The notes beneath the pieces were generated by a model. The model was not told the origin of the DNA. It saw only the letters and a list, made by a program, of their open reading frames with translations, and did not search any database. This document shows, one piece after another, positions 30,901-39,894 of a DNA stretch of 50,652 nucleotides; the first letter of the stretch is position 1, and the number at the start of each line of letters is the position of its first letter. Source of the stretch: Sphingomonas sp. (GTDB taxonomy: Bacteria > Pseudomonadota > Alphaproteobacteria > Sphingomonadales > Sphingomonadaceae); contig JANOZQ010000306.1 in assembly GCA_031429555.1 (NCBI GenBank), positions 1 to 50,652 of the forward strand, written 5' to 3'. The translations under genes were made by a program, and so were the position numbers.

Positions 30901-33356
30901 GATGCGGGGACCGGAACCGGGATCAGCATCGACATATCCGGCGGTAGTGGCGGTACTGGTGCGGGCAATGGTGTCGGGACGGGTGGCAATAAAGGTCTGG
31001 TAAATTTCGGGAACATGTCCGGCGTGAATGGCGGGACGCTGTCGTTCGAGGGCGGCCTTTATGAGAATGGCGACGGCGGCAGGCTGTTCGCCAATGCGAC
31101 CGGCACGGTCGTGTTCAACGGCGACGCCAGCTATTTCAACCTGAAAGCCGGCGGCGTCCTCGATACCGGGCGGATTTATGCGCAAGGCTACGGCGGCACC
31201 GGTACGATCAACCTGCGCTCGAATGCGGCGAACAGCATTGTCACCATAGGCACGGCGAGCGGCCCTTCCACCGAAGTCATCCTTGAGGGATCGGGATCGG
31301 TGGTCGAGGTGACGCCATTCGGCGGCGGCGCGCCGGTGACGATCGACCAGACGCTGACTGGCGTGGCGGCGTCGGGCGTGTTCGCGCTGCATGACCGCAA
31401 CTTCACAGTCGTGGCGGGCGGCGGCAATTTCAGCAACGCCGGGCTGACGTTCGTCAACAACACGGTCTTCACATCGAACAGCTTCACCAACTCGGGGTTC
31501 CTGTTGAGCGATGCAACGAGCAGCGTGACCGCGCCGATAACCAACTCCGGAACGGTTCAGGTGTCGAGCGGCACATTGAGCACACAGGCGATTACCGGCG
31601 CGACGGGAACGATCAAGACCAATGCCGGAGGGACGCTCAACCTGGGCGGCAATTCGACTGCCGGGTTCCTGACGAACAACGGCACCCTGTCACTGGGCAG
31701 CAACAATGTGCTGGTCACAACCGATTACACCAATGCCGCGTTCGGCAGCGGTAATGCGTTCAACAATCATGCGAACGTCACGGGCAGCGGCCTGATCCTT
31801 GCCGCAAATGCGACGATGGACCTGTCGGGTGCGGCGCTTTCCGGCAATGTCCTGAATGTCGGCAACGTCCGCACTGGCGGGTCAAGTTCGACAACGTTCA
31901 CGATCACCAACAACGGCACACTCACCAACGTGATCGGCGCAGTGAAGACCACCAACGCCCCCAGCGTCGCGTTGACCGGCGCGGACTGGACAGCGGCAGC
32001 GAACGGTGGCTCGGCCAATGTCGGGGTCAGCTTCACGGGTCTGGCAGCCGGATCGCTGGCGGGACAGACGCTGGGCGTTTTCAACAATTTCGACAATGTT
32101 GCCAGCCAGACAATCATCCTCGCGGGCAACATCTATCAGGTCGCACAGGCAGGAGCGCTGCCGGCATCGATCACACTCGCCGCGCGGCGCGTGGGCGGAC
32201 CAGCGGCAACGGCCGGCTTCAACATCGCCAATGTCGCGCCGGTGACGTTGGGCTTTAACGAAGACCTGAACGCGGTGGCGACCGTGGGGAGCGGCTTCAC
32301 GCTCAATGGCTCGGGCACGGCGACCGTCGCAGCGCTCGGCGCAGGCAGCAATGTGCCCATCACGCTGTCGCATGGCACCGGCACAGCTGGCGCGTTCAGC
32401 AGCATCGTAACGTGGCGAACACCTCGCTTGCGGTGGTGGGAAGCGGGCTGAATAACCTTGCCCTTGCGGGCCAGTCGATCACTGTGCTCGGCAATGTCTA
32501 TGCGGCAGCGGTCGCCAGCCTGTCGCCGACGACCGTCAATTTCGGTGTGGTCAGAAAGAATACAGCCAGCCCGACCGGAAGCGTGGGAGTTACCAACAGT
32601 GCGACTGGCGCGCTGACCGATGCGCTAGTCACGACGACAAGCGCTTTGCCTGCAGGCGTGACCGGGACGGCACCAAGCGCGCTCACCGCAGGACAATCGG
32701 GGAATGCCACATTCTCGCTGAACACCGCAACGGCGGGCGTCGTTAGCGGTTCGGGCTCGCTCGATTTCAAATCGACCAACGGCGAAATGGCCGATCTGAC
32801 GCTGGCATCACAATCAGTGAGCTTCACTGGCACTGTCACGGAACTGGCGAGCGCGGCGCTCTTCAAGAATGCCGGGCTTGGCGCATTTGCCGGGGGCGGC
32901 AATGCCTTTACACTCGATCTCGGCGCGCTCGCATCAAACTCGGGGATTGTTACAACTGACCTTGGGATCAGCAACCTTCTAGTACCTTCGGCCTTTGCCG
33001 AACTGCTCGGCGGCAGCTTCACGCAAGGCGGTGGTCTCGGCTATGTCTTTGCAGGCAACAGCTTTGCCAATCTGGCAGCCGGCGCGTCGAATCTAGGGAA
33101 TCTGCTGAGCTTTGACACCACGGGTCTTGCCGACGGCACATACACCAAGCTCGTGACCTTCAACGGCTACAGCCGCTATGCCGGTCTCAACGACTTCAAC
33201 CTGACGCCGATCAGCCTGAACATCACGGCGACGGTCACCGGCAATGCTGTGCCCGCTGTGCCCGAACCAGCGACATGGCTGATGATGCTCTTCGGCTTCG
33301 GTCTGGTGGGCTCGACGTTGCGGCGCGGACGGTTGGCGGTGGGGCAGCTGGCATAA
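27952..33356 (+). CDS. large Gly/Asn/Thr-rich repetitive surface protein with PEP-CTERM (PEPxxW) anchor; one frameshift near 32412
   Basis: Signal peptide from Met 27952; beta-strand repeats; C-terminal VPEPATWLMMLFGFGLVGSTLRR. ORFs ..32451 and 32412.. join if one G is restored (GTA ACG [G]TG GCG AAC). Confidence 0.85.
28447..30870 (+). repeat. intragenic tandem repeat, unit about 600-603 bp (about 201 aa), with A-B-A-B 1206-bp higher-order duplication
   Basis: LGINQT recurs at about 28447, 29048, 29651, 30254 and 30856; near-identical DNA at a 1206-bp offset (e.g. about 29500-29630 vs 30706-30836). Confidence 0.9.
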
Positions 33357-33435
33357 CGCCTGTCGGCTTCCGCCATTTGGCCCGGGATGATGCGACCCCG
33401 TCCCGGGCCGCAACTTTTCGCAAAGGACAATCGAG

Positions 33436-33744
33436 ATGACCGACGATCCGCCAAGATCGCGTTTTGATACATTGGCTGTTGTACTTGGCGTGATTGCCCT
33501 GCTTCTCGCGGTTGCCACGGTCGTGCAAGCGGCGCAGGTCAGGGCTTTACAACAGCAGGTGCGCGATGGTCAGGGCAAGCTGGCACAAGCACAAACCATG
33601 GCCAATCTCGACAATTCGCTGATCCAGCTCATGGCCAAGACTGCTGCGGAGAATGATGACAATGCCATCCGCGATTTGCTGGAGCGCAACGGCGTCACCT
33701 TCAAACCGCCGCCCATACCCAGTGCCGACTTTTCGCAGCGGTGA
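33436..33744 (+). CDS. small single-TM coiled-coil protein
   Basis: AAGGA RBS; N-terminal TM; ends LLERNGVTF. Confidence 0.65.
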   Translation: MTDDPPRSRFDTLAVVLGVIALLLAVATVVQAAQVRALQQQVRDGQGKLAQAQTMANLDNSLIQLMAKTAAENDDNAIRDLLERNGVTFKPPPIPSADFSQR

Positions 33745-33751
33745 CAGGGCG

Positions 33752-34018
33752 ATGAGCGGCAAGGCGGGCCTTGCCGCCACGCTGACGGCGGCGGCGCTGG
33801 CGATTGTGCTGGCATCGAACCTTTTCGATCAACGGCGCGGTGCGCTCGAAATGACGGCTGTATTGGCGGGCCAGTCCAAGGCGCTGGAAGGCAATGCGAA
33901 AATCGAAGCGCAGCTTGATGCGCTCGCGAAGGGTATCAACAGCCTCGCGAAGTCAGGCAACGCGAATGCGCAGCGCATCATCTCCACGCTCAAGCAAAAT
34001 GGCGTTTCCATAAATTAG
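33752..34018 (+). CDS. small single-TM protein, apparent paralogue of the previous gene
   Basis: N-terminal TM; ends TLKQNGVSIN, similar to LLERNGVTF. Confidence 0.6.
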   Translation: MSGKAGLAATLTAAALAIVLASNLFDQRRGALEMTAVLAGQSKALEGNAKIEAQLDALAKGINSLAKSGNANAQRIISTLKQNGVSIN

Positions 34019-34026
34019 CGGCTTGC

Positions 34027-34055
34027 TGGCCCCCTTTCGGGACAGATCGCGCCTT
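34027..34055 (+). promoter_or_regulatory. candidate ECF autoregulatory promoter TGGCCCC-N16-CGCCTT
   Basis: Shared with 27840-27868. Confidence 0.5.
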
Positions 34056-34083
34056 TCTGAGTACCAATGATGGTCTTGCCACT

Positions 34084-34665
34084 GTGGCGTACGGCGGGCG
34101 ATACCTCGCGCATGACGCAGCACGGGGGCGAGTCGGGTGCAGGAGAGTATCCGCCGCGCTTCTTGCTACCTGTTATGACGAGACGCGACGCATCGCGCGG
34201 CGCATTATCGCCAATGACGGCGCCAAGCGTCCGCTTCAGGCTACCGAATTGGCAAACGAAGCTGCGATCCGGCTGATGGGCCTTGATCGCATGGAGATAA
34301 AGGACCGAGGCCATATGCTCGCAATGGCGGCACGAACGATGCGGCGCATCCTGATCGACGAAGCGCGCAAGGGGAGCGCGAGCAAGCGCCATGCGCCGAC
34401 GTTTTTCACGCGCTGGCCCGACGAGAACACCGTCGGTGACCTCATCGAACTGGTCGATCTGGATCGCGCGCTCGAGGCACTCGAAACGGTGTCGCCCGAC
34501 CATGCGCAAGTGATCGAATTGCGCTTCATGCTTGGCCTGAGTGTAGAGGAAGCCGCGCAGTCGAGTGGCCTTTCCGAACGCACGATCAAACGCCGCTGGC
34601 AGGCTGCGCGTGCTTGGCTTCTCGACTATTTGAGCGGCGATGGCGCGGTTTCCAGCTTCGCCTGA
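34084..34665 (+). CDS. ECF sigma factor, kinase-associated (ECF43/TIGR02999-like)
   Basis: YDETRRIARR, LQATELANEA, DRGH..AMAARTMRRILID.AR, VIELRF..GLSVEE, TIKRRWQAARAWL. Start uncertain; a frameshift near 34146 is possible. Confidence 0.85.
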   Translation: MAYGGRYLAHDAARGRVGCRRVSAALLATCYDETRRIARRIIANDGAKRPLQATELANEAAIRLMGLDRMEIKDRGHMLAMAARTMRRILIDEARKGSASKRHAPTFFTRWPDENTVGDLIELVDLDRALEALETVSPDHAQVIELRFMLGLSVEEAAQSSGLSERTIKRRWQAARAWLLDYLSGDGAVSSFA

Positions 34666-36952
34666 ACACGAGCGCCGGGCGCTTGCATTGTTCGAGCGTC
34701 TGGCCGATCAGCCAGACAATAGCCGACTGCGCGCTCGCCTGACGCGCAGCGAACCCGAAGCCGTGCTGACACGCCTGCGCGCACTTGAGGCAAGCGTGAT
34801 ACGCGCGGCGGGGGCGATTCCGACACTGATCCCGGGCAGCGCCGACTGCGAAGGTGTGCTGCTGCCCCCTGAGCGCATCGGCGCTTTCCGCCTTGTCGAG
34901 CGCATCGGTCGCGGCGGCATGGGTGACGTCTGGCTCGGCGAGCGCGACGACGGTCTTTACGACCAGAAGATCGCCATCAAGCTGATCCAGCGCCACGCGC
35001 TCAACCGCGCCGCCGGGGCTTTCGACGACGAACGCCGCTTCCTCGCGCGGCTCGAACATCCCAACATCGCGCGGCTGATCGATGGCGGCGTTACAGAAGA
35101 CGGGCTGCCCTGGCTCGCGATGGAATTTTTCGATGGCAAGCCGATCGACGTCGCGTGCGAAGCGCTGGGCCTTGCCGATGGCGTGCGTCTCTTCATCAAG
35201 GCGACCGATGCCGTCCAGCACGCGCATAGCCGCCTAATCGCGCACGCTGATCTGAAACCGTCGAATATCCTCGTCGCCGCCGACGGGCGGGTGAAGTTGC
35301 TCGATTTCGGGATCGCCGGTCTGATCGGTGCCGGACCGCGTGAGGGGACGGGGTCAGGACCGTTGACGCGCGACTTTGCCAGTCCTGAGCGCATCGCAGG
35401 CGGTGGACCGTCGGTCGCGGACGATGTGTTTGCAATCGGCAAGGTGCTGTCGCTTGTTCTTAACGGCCACGACAATCACGAGCTCGCAGCAATCGCGGCC
35501 AAGGCACAATCGGCCGATCCCGACGCGCGCTATGGCAGCGCCGCCGAACTGATTGCCGATCTCGACCGCTGGCGGACCCGGCTGCCGGTGCAGGCAATGC
35601 CCGACGGGTTTCGGTATCGCGCGAGCAAATTTGTCGAACGGCACCGGACCGGCGTCTTTTCGACCGCGCTTGCCTTGGCTGGCCTCACCACAACGACGTT
35701 GGTCGCAACGTCGAGCTATGTCCGCGCCGAACGCGCGCGCAGCGACGCCAGTGCCCGCTTCGACGATGCACGGAGCACGGCGCGTTATGTTTCGATCAAT
35801 CTGCTTGACGATCTTGCCTTAAGGCCAGGCACATTAGCAATGCGCGCAAAGGCGGCAGGCGTTGCTCAGCATTATCTCGACCGGCTGGTAAAGAGTACTG
35901 GCGCGCCTGAGGCGATGCGTCTCGAAGCTGCCGAAGGTCTGCTCCGTCTGGCCGCAGCGCAGGGGCGACCCGGCGTGCCTAACCTCGACCAGCCCGAAGC
36001 CGCGGTCCGCAATCTGGCCAAGGCATCAGCACTCGCGGGCAGTGTCGACAGCGTGGCGGCGCGGTGGCTGGGTATTCGCATTCGCCTCGATCAGGCGCGG
36101 CTAATCGCACAGTCCGAAAACCGGATTCCGGCGGCGCTGACGATCCTGGCCGAAGCGCGCAAACTTCTTGACCGCGATACCGACTTGCCGCCGTTGCTTG
36201 AAAGCCAATATTTCACCGAACTTGCAAATGCGCTTGAATGGCAAGGGGATTATCCGGGCGGTATCGTCGCCGCACGTCGTGCCGATGCCCTGCTCCCTGC
36301 GGTTGAGACGCGCGATATATTATTGCAGCGTGCAACGGCTCAGGATCTCCTTGCCGAGGGCATTTATTACTCGCAGCCGCAGAAGCAGGCGATTGCGCCC
36401 TATCGCAATGCGTTGGCGCTCCTCGAACGCGCCCGTGCGCTGTTTCCGGGGGACCAGATTGTCGCGCGCAGGCTCGCGCGGGCACGCTGGGCGCTGGGCA
36501 CAACTCTGGTCGACAATGGAGATCCGAAAGAAGCGTTGGCGCAGATCGAAGCATCTTCGGTTGGCGTTCGTCAGGTGCTGGCGTTCGATCCCGACGACCA
36601 GGACGCAAAGCGGATGTTGCGCATCAGCGAAAATGCGCGTGGGCAAGCGCTCGCGGCGGTTGGACGTGTCGAGGAGGGGCTGTTCCTGTTCAAGGCAAAC
36701 ACCGCTGAACGCAAGACGCTATGGCAAGCGCGCCCGGCCGATGCCCTGCGGCTTCGCGACTATATGGTGGCGGTGAAGGGGCTAGGGGACATGCAGACAC
36801 AGTTCGGTCACGCCGCCGATGGCTGTGCCACCTATCGCGACGCCCGCCGTATCATCGCTCAAATCGGCGCCACGGGACGGTTGACGGGCATGGACACGGC
36901 CAGTGTTCTTACAGACCTCTCAGAACGCGAAAAGAAATTCTGTAGAGGATGA
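34640..36952 (+). CDS. Hanks-type Ser/Thr kinase with TM and TPR-like C-terminus
   Basis: IGRGGMGDV, AIK, LEHPNIARL, HADLKPSN, DFG, FASPE, DVFAIG. Confidence 0.93.
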   Translation: MARFPASPEHERRALALFERLADQPDNSRLRARLTRSEPEAVLTRLRALEASVIRAAGAIPTLIPGSADCEGVLLPPERIGAFRLVERIGRGGMGDVWLGERDDGLYDQKIAIKLIQRHALNRAAGAFDDERRFLARLEHPNIARLIDGGVTEDGLPWLAMEFFDGKPIDVACEALGLADGVRLFIKATDAVQHAHSRLIAHADLKPSNILVAADGRVKLLDFGIAGLIGAGPREGTGSGPLTRDFASPERIAGGGPSVADDVFAIGKVLSLVLNGHDNHELAAIAAKAQSADPDARYGSAAELIADLDRWRTRLPVQAMPDGFRYRASKFVERHRTGVFSTALALAGLTTTTLVATSSYVRAERARSDASARFDDARSTARYVSINLLDDLALRPGTLAMRAKAAGVAQHYLDRLVKSTGAPEAMRLEAAEGLLRLAAAQGRPGVPNLDQPEAAVRNLAKASALAGSVDSVAARWLGIRIRLDQARLIAQSENRIPAALTILAEARKLLDRDTDLPPLLESQYFTELANALEWQGDYPGGIVAARRADALLPAVETRDILLQRATAQDLLAEGIYYSQPQKQAIAPYRNALALLERARALFPGDQIVARRLARARWALGTTLVDNGDPKEALAQIEASSVGVRQVLAFDPDDQDAKRMLRISENARGQALAAVGRVEEGLFLFKANTAERKTLWQARPADALRLRDYMVAVKGLGDMQTQFGHAADGCATYRDARRIIAQIGATGRLTGMDTASVLTDLSEREKKFCRG

Positions 36953-37327
36953 TCTGCCGCCGGCGATGAAAGCTCGTCATCGACCAAAATACAAGAAATT
37001 GTGGCTGTCACCATTCGATCGCGGATGTCGCCGCGCAAAATGATCTCAGTTGACTCAAGCGAGCCTCGCCGGGCGGGCCGGTGTCGCGCGAAGTGTGCAG
37101 GTTCGGGATAATCATGCAGCCACATCAGGTCGAACTCGTGGACGTCGAGGGTGTCGGTCCATGAAAGACAGCCTTACGTTCTGCGCCGTATGAACCAAGG
37201 GCGGGATTTGAACTGCTCGCTGCAGGCATCGACTGACCGCAATGTTTGGTGGGAGATGCTGTTAACTATTTAGGCAGTTTTTTCGGGTTATGCTGCCGTT
37301 GGCAGTTGCGACGGAAGGCGTCGTATC

Positions 37328-37470
37328 ATGGGAGTATGAGACCTCGATCCTGACGAGCGCGGACGCCGTCCTTGGAATGCAGAAAACACGGTTGGCGCGA
37401 TGCGACCTTTGAAACCGCGCGATGTGTGGGCCATCCGCTTCTTCCTCGACGAGGATCGACGTTTGCGCTT
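37328..37470 (+). pseudogene. second N-terminal remnant of the same small integrase family
   Basis: MGV*DLDPDERGRRPWNAENTVGAMRPLKPRDVWAIRFFLDEDRRLR, homologous to the region starting at 26869. Confidence 0.8.
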
Positions 37471-37897
37471 GCCGAACGAACCCAGATTTAAGCGCAGTCG
37501 CGGTGCTGAGCCGCTCCGAAATTGTCGGAGGCCCAAAGCCTTGAGAGGGCGGGCCTATTTTGAGCATGAAAACGAATGGTGCCAACGATGCTTCCTGAAG
37601 GCGAATAATCCAATACCCATCGGCTCGCGGGCGATCCGTCGGTTTGAATATTGCAATTGGACCGTTTACGCCGACGAACTCTTGCTGTGGCTTAACGTCA
37701 CCATTTATTAGAATGTGTCAGGCGAGGCGCGCCAGATCACGTGCAGCATCGCGCGAGTCTGCGTAATTGAGAAATCGAGCACACAGCTCATAGCCCACAA
37801 AAGCCATTAACCCGTTTTTTCGATGTCCGGTGTCAGACGCCCCAAGCACCAGCTCAATGATCGACAAAATTGGCGGATCACCGCTTTCCTCCCAAGC

Positions 37898-38491
37898 CTA
37901 AAGTAACGCCAGAGCACCTGATGCTCGCGTCGCCTGACCAGAGGAGAGAAATGTGAGCGAGCAATCACCGTCAGCTTCCAATGCGGCGAGCACGGCACCG
38001 ACACGCTGGCGCACGCGGCGTGCCGTTTCGGGCTTGCTCAGCCAGATCGGCAAGAGCGCCTTGCGGATGTCCGGCCCTTCGATTGCATTTACGAAACGGT
38101 CGCCGAGGAAGGGGAAGGCGTAGGTCGCCAACGTTGTGATCCACTGGACCCGATGCTTGCCGTTTTTCCAAGATGCCTTTTGCTCTTCGTGGACGCGGCG
38201 CGCGGCATCGGCAAAAGTCGGCACAGGGTCTTCAACCTTCTTCTTTTCCGCAATCGGATCGAAGCCCTGGGCAATTTGTCGGCGTAGCTCGGTTGCCTTT
38301 GCGCGTGCCTCGGCAAGCGTCATGACTTCAGTCGAACCAAGACTAATGTCACACTGATCGCCCTTGATGCGAACACGCAACATCCAACTTTGCGCGCCGC
38401 TTGCTTTCACCAGGAGCATGAGGCCGTCACCATCAACGTATCGACTTGGCTCTCGAAGGCCCTTGATGCGCGCAACGGTGAGCTGTCCCAT
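37898..38491 (-). pseudogene. P4-like integrase N-terminal part (arm-binding and core domains), truncated
   Basis: LTVARIKGL.EP.RY.DGDGL.L.V...GAQSWMLR, LAEAR.KA, WKNGKH..QW..TL..YAFP, KPETARRVRQR; no catalytic domain; starts just outside att. Confidence 0.85.
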
Positions 38492-38643
38492 GTCCAATTC
38501 CTTTCCCGGCACCCACTATCGTTCCCACCAGACCGGTGGGAACACAGGGGAACGGCAGTGGACGCCCGTGAACGTCATTCACGCGGAATATGATGAAACG
38601 AGCCGTTTTCTGTTGGATTTGGAAACTGGAAAAAGAGGGCAAA

Positions 38644-38660
38644 TGGCGGAGAGGCAGGGA
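38644..38660. repeat. att direct repeat (copy of the tRNA-Ser 3' end)
   Basis: TGGCGGAGAGGCAGGGA, identical to 50412-50428. Confidence 0.92.
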
Positions 38661-38724
38661 AACTACCCCCATATTTTAAACTTAAACAAAAACAAACTCT
38701 TAGGTGACATATGAAATTGCGAAT

Positions 38725-38744
38725 TGTAGCAGTCCCTGTAGCAG
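38725..38744. promoter_or_regulatory. putative integrase arm-type sites (TGTAGCAG x2)
   Basis: Direct pair with a 12-bp period; the same pair occurs at 50328-50347. Confidence 0.7.
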
Positions 38745-38789
38745 CGTTTTTGGCTGAGACACAGCGTGCAACAGGTTGGGCGCTAGCGA

Positions 38790-39554
38790 TCAATCGATTG
38801 TGGCGCGCTCAATCGAGCAGTTTGCGGTGGTCGCTTGTGAGTTCATAAAGCCAACACTGACATTGCGAATTGTTCGCGTGCTGCGCGCTTCCACCATCTC
38901 ATAAACTACCGTTTGTGGGCGACTGACAATGGTGCCTGAGGGTGCCTTGACCTCGCACAAGACGACGAAGTCTTTGAGGTTTGATAGGCCCCTGTTTCGG
39001 ATTGTCAGGTCGGCAATCATCACCGTTCCAAACCCTCCTCGACGCCCGCGAACCTTTACGATCTCGCCCGCTAATTCGGGATTGTCTCGATAAGGGGCCA
39101 TTGCGTCATCCTCCTTTTGTGCCTCGTTGCGCCGTCGAACATACTGTTCATTGTCGGGTGCAAGGCGAACGATGTCATTCCAAAACGAAAGCCGATCCTC
39201 GACGTTCTCGCGCCGCAATGTCTTTTCGCCAGCTAGCAAATCCGCCAACTTGCGCTTGATCTCAGCGTGCTCCTGAGCAGATCGAACATTATTTGTCGAC
39301 GCAGCCATAGGGGTTGTTGGCTGTTTCGCACTTGCTGAGCGATCTGTCGGCTTGGCGCTTTCAGCCGTAGGCTTTTCGGGTAGCGTCTTGATAAACCCGT
39401 TGGCGATTAGGGACGCCACGCCGACGACCAACAGGAACGCAGCGCCTATCAATCCGACGCAGCCTAGTCCGGCAAATCTCAATCGCCTCTTCCAACGGGT
39501 TGGACCAACCGTAGTCTCAGACGCGTTGTTGGTGTCTGTCGTGTTACTCGTCAT
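38790..39554 (-). CDS. single-TM hypothetical protein with C-terminal beta-rich domain
   Basis: Basic patch plus TM, linker, then GGFGTVMIADLTIRN...KD..V.C...SGT...GF; divergent from the XRE gene. Confidence 0.7.
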   Translation of the reverse strand: MTSNTTDTNNASETTVGPTRWKRRLRFAGLGCVGLIGAAFLLVVGVASLIANGFIKTLPEKPTAESAKPTDRSASAKQPTTPMAASTNNVRSAQEHAEIKRKLADLLAGEKTLRRENVEDRLSFWNDIVRLAPDNEQYVRRRNEAQKEDDAMAPYRDNPELAGEIVKVRGRRGGFGTVMIADLTIRNRGLSNLKDFVVLCEVKAPSGTIVSRPQTVVYEMVEARSTRTIRNVSVGFMNSQATTANCSIERATID

Positions 39555-39679
39555 CGTTACCGAACCCCCAACTTACATGTCATGTCACTGATAAGAGTAG
39601 CCGTCCTACGCGTAGGAGCAAGAACAACTACACTCATCGTCGATTGCACTTTTTCCGCTGATGTCGCCGATAGTCGACG

Positions 39680-39883
39680 ATGGAAGTTCGGCAGCGCCTA
39701 GGTCAAAACATGCGCAAGCTGCGTGAGGCGGCTGGATACACGCAAGAGGCCTTTGCCGATCTTGCGAATGTCAATCGGACCTACATATCGGACTGTGAAC
39801 GCGGCACTCGCAACCCTACGATCCTCGTGGTCGAGAAAATCGCAAAAGCGCTTGACGTTACGCCGGGCAGTCTGCTCGACTGA
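39680..39883 (+). CDS. XRE/C-protein-like HTH regulator
   Basis: LGQNMRKLR...YTQEAFA..ANVNRTYIS..ERG.RNPT...EKIAKALDV. Confidence 0.92.
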   Translation: MEVRQRLGQNMRKLREAAGYTQEAFADLANVNRTYISDCERGTRNPTILVVEKIAKALDVTPGSLLD

Positions 39884-39894
39884 GCACCGATGAC

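Noticed and set aside
33393-33422. Third copy of the ECF promoter motif (GACCCC...CGCA)
   Set aside because: The spacer is 19 nt rather than 16 and the -10 element differs.
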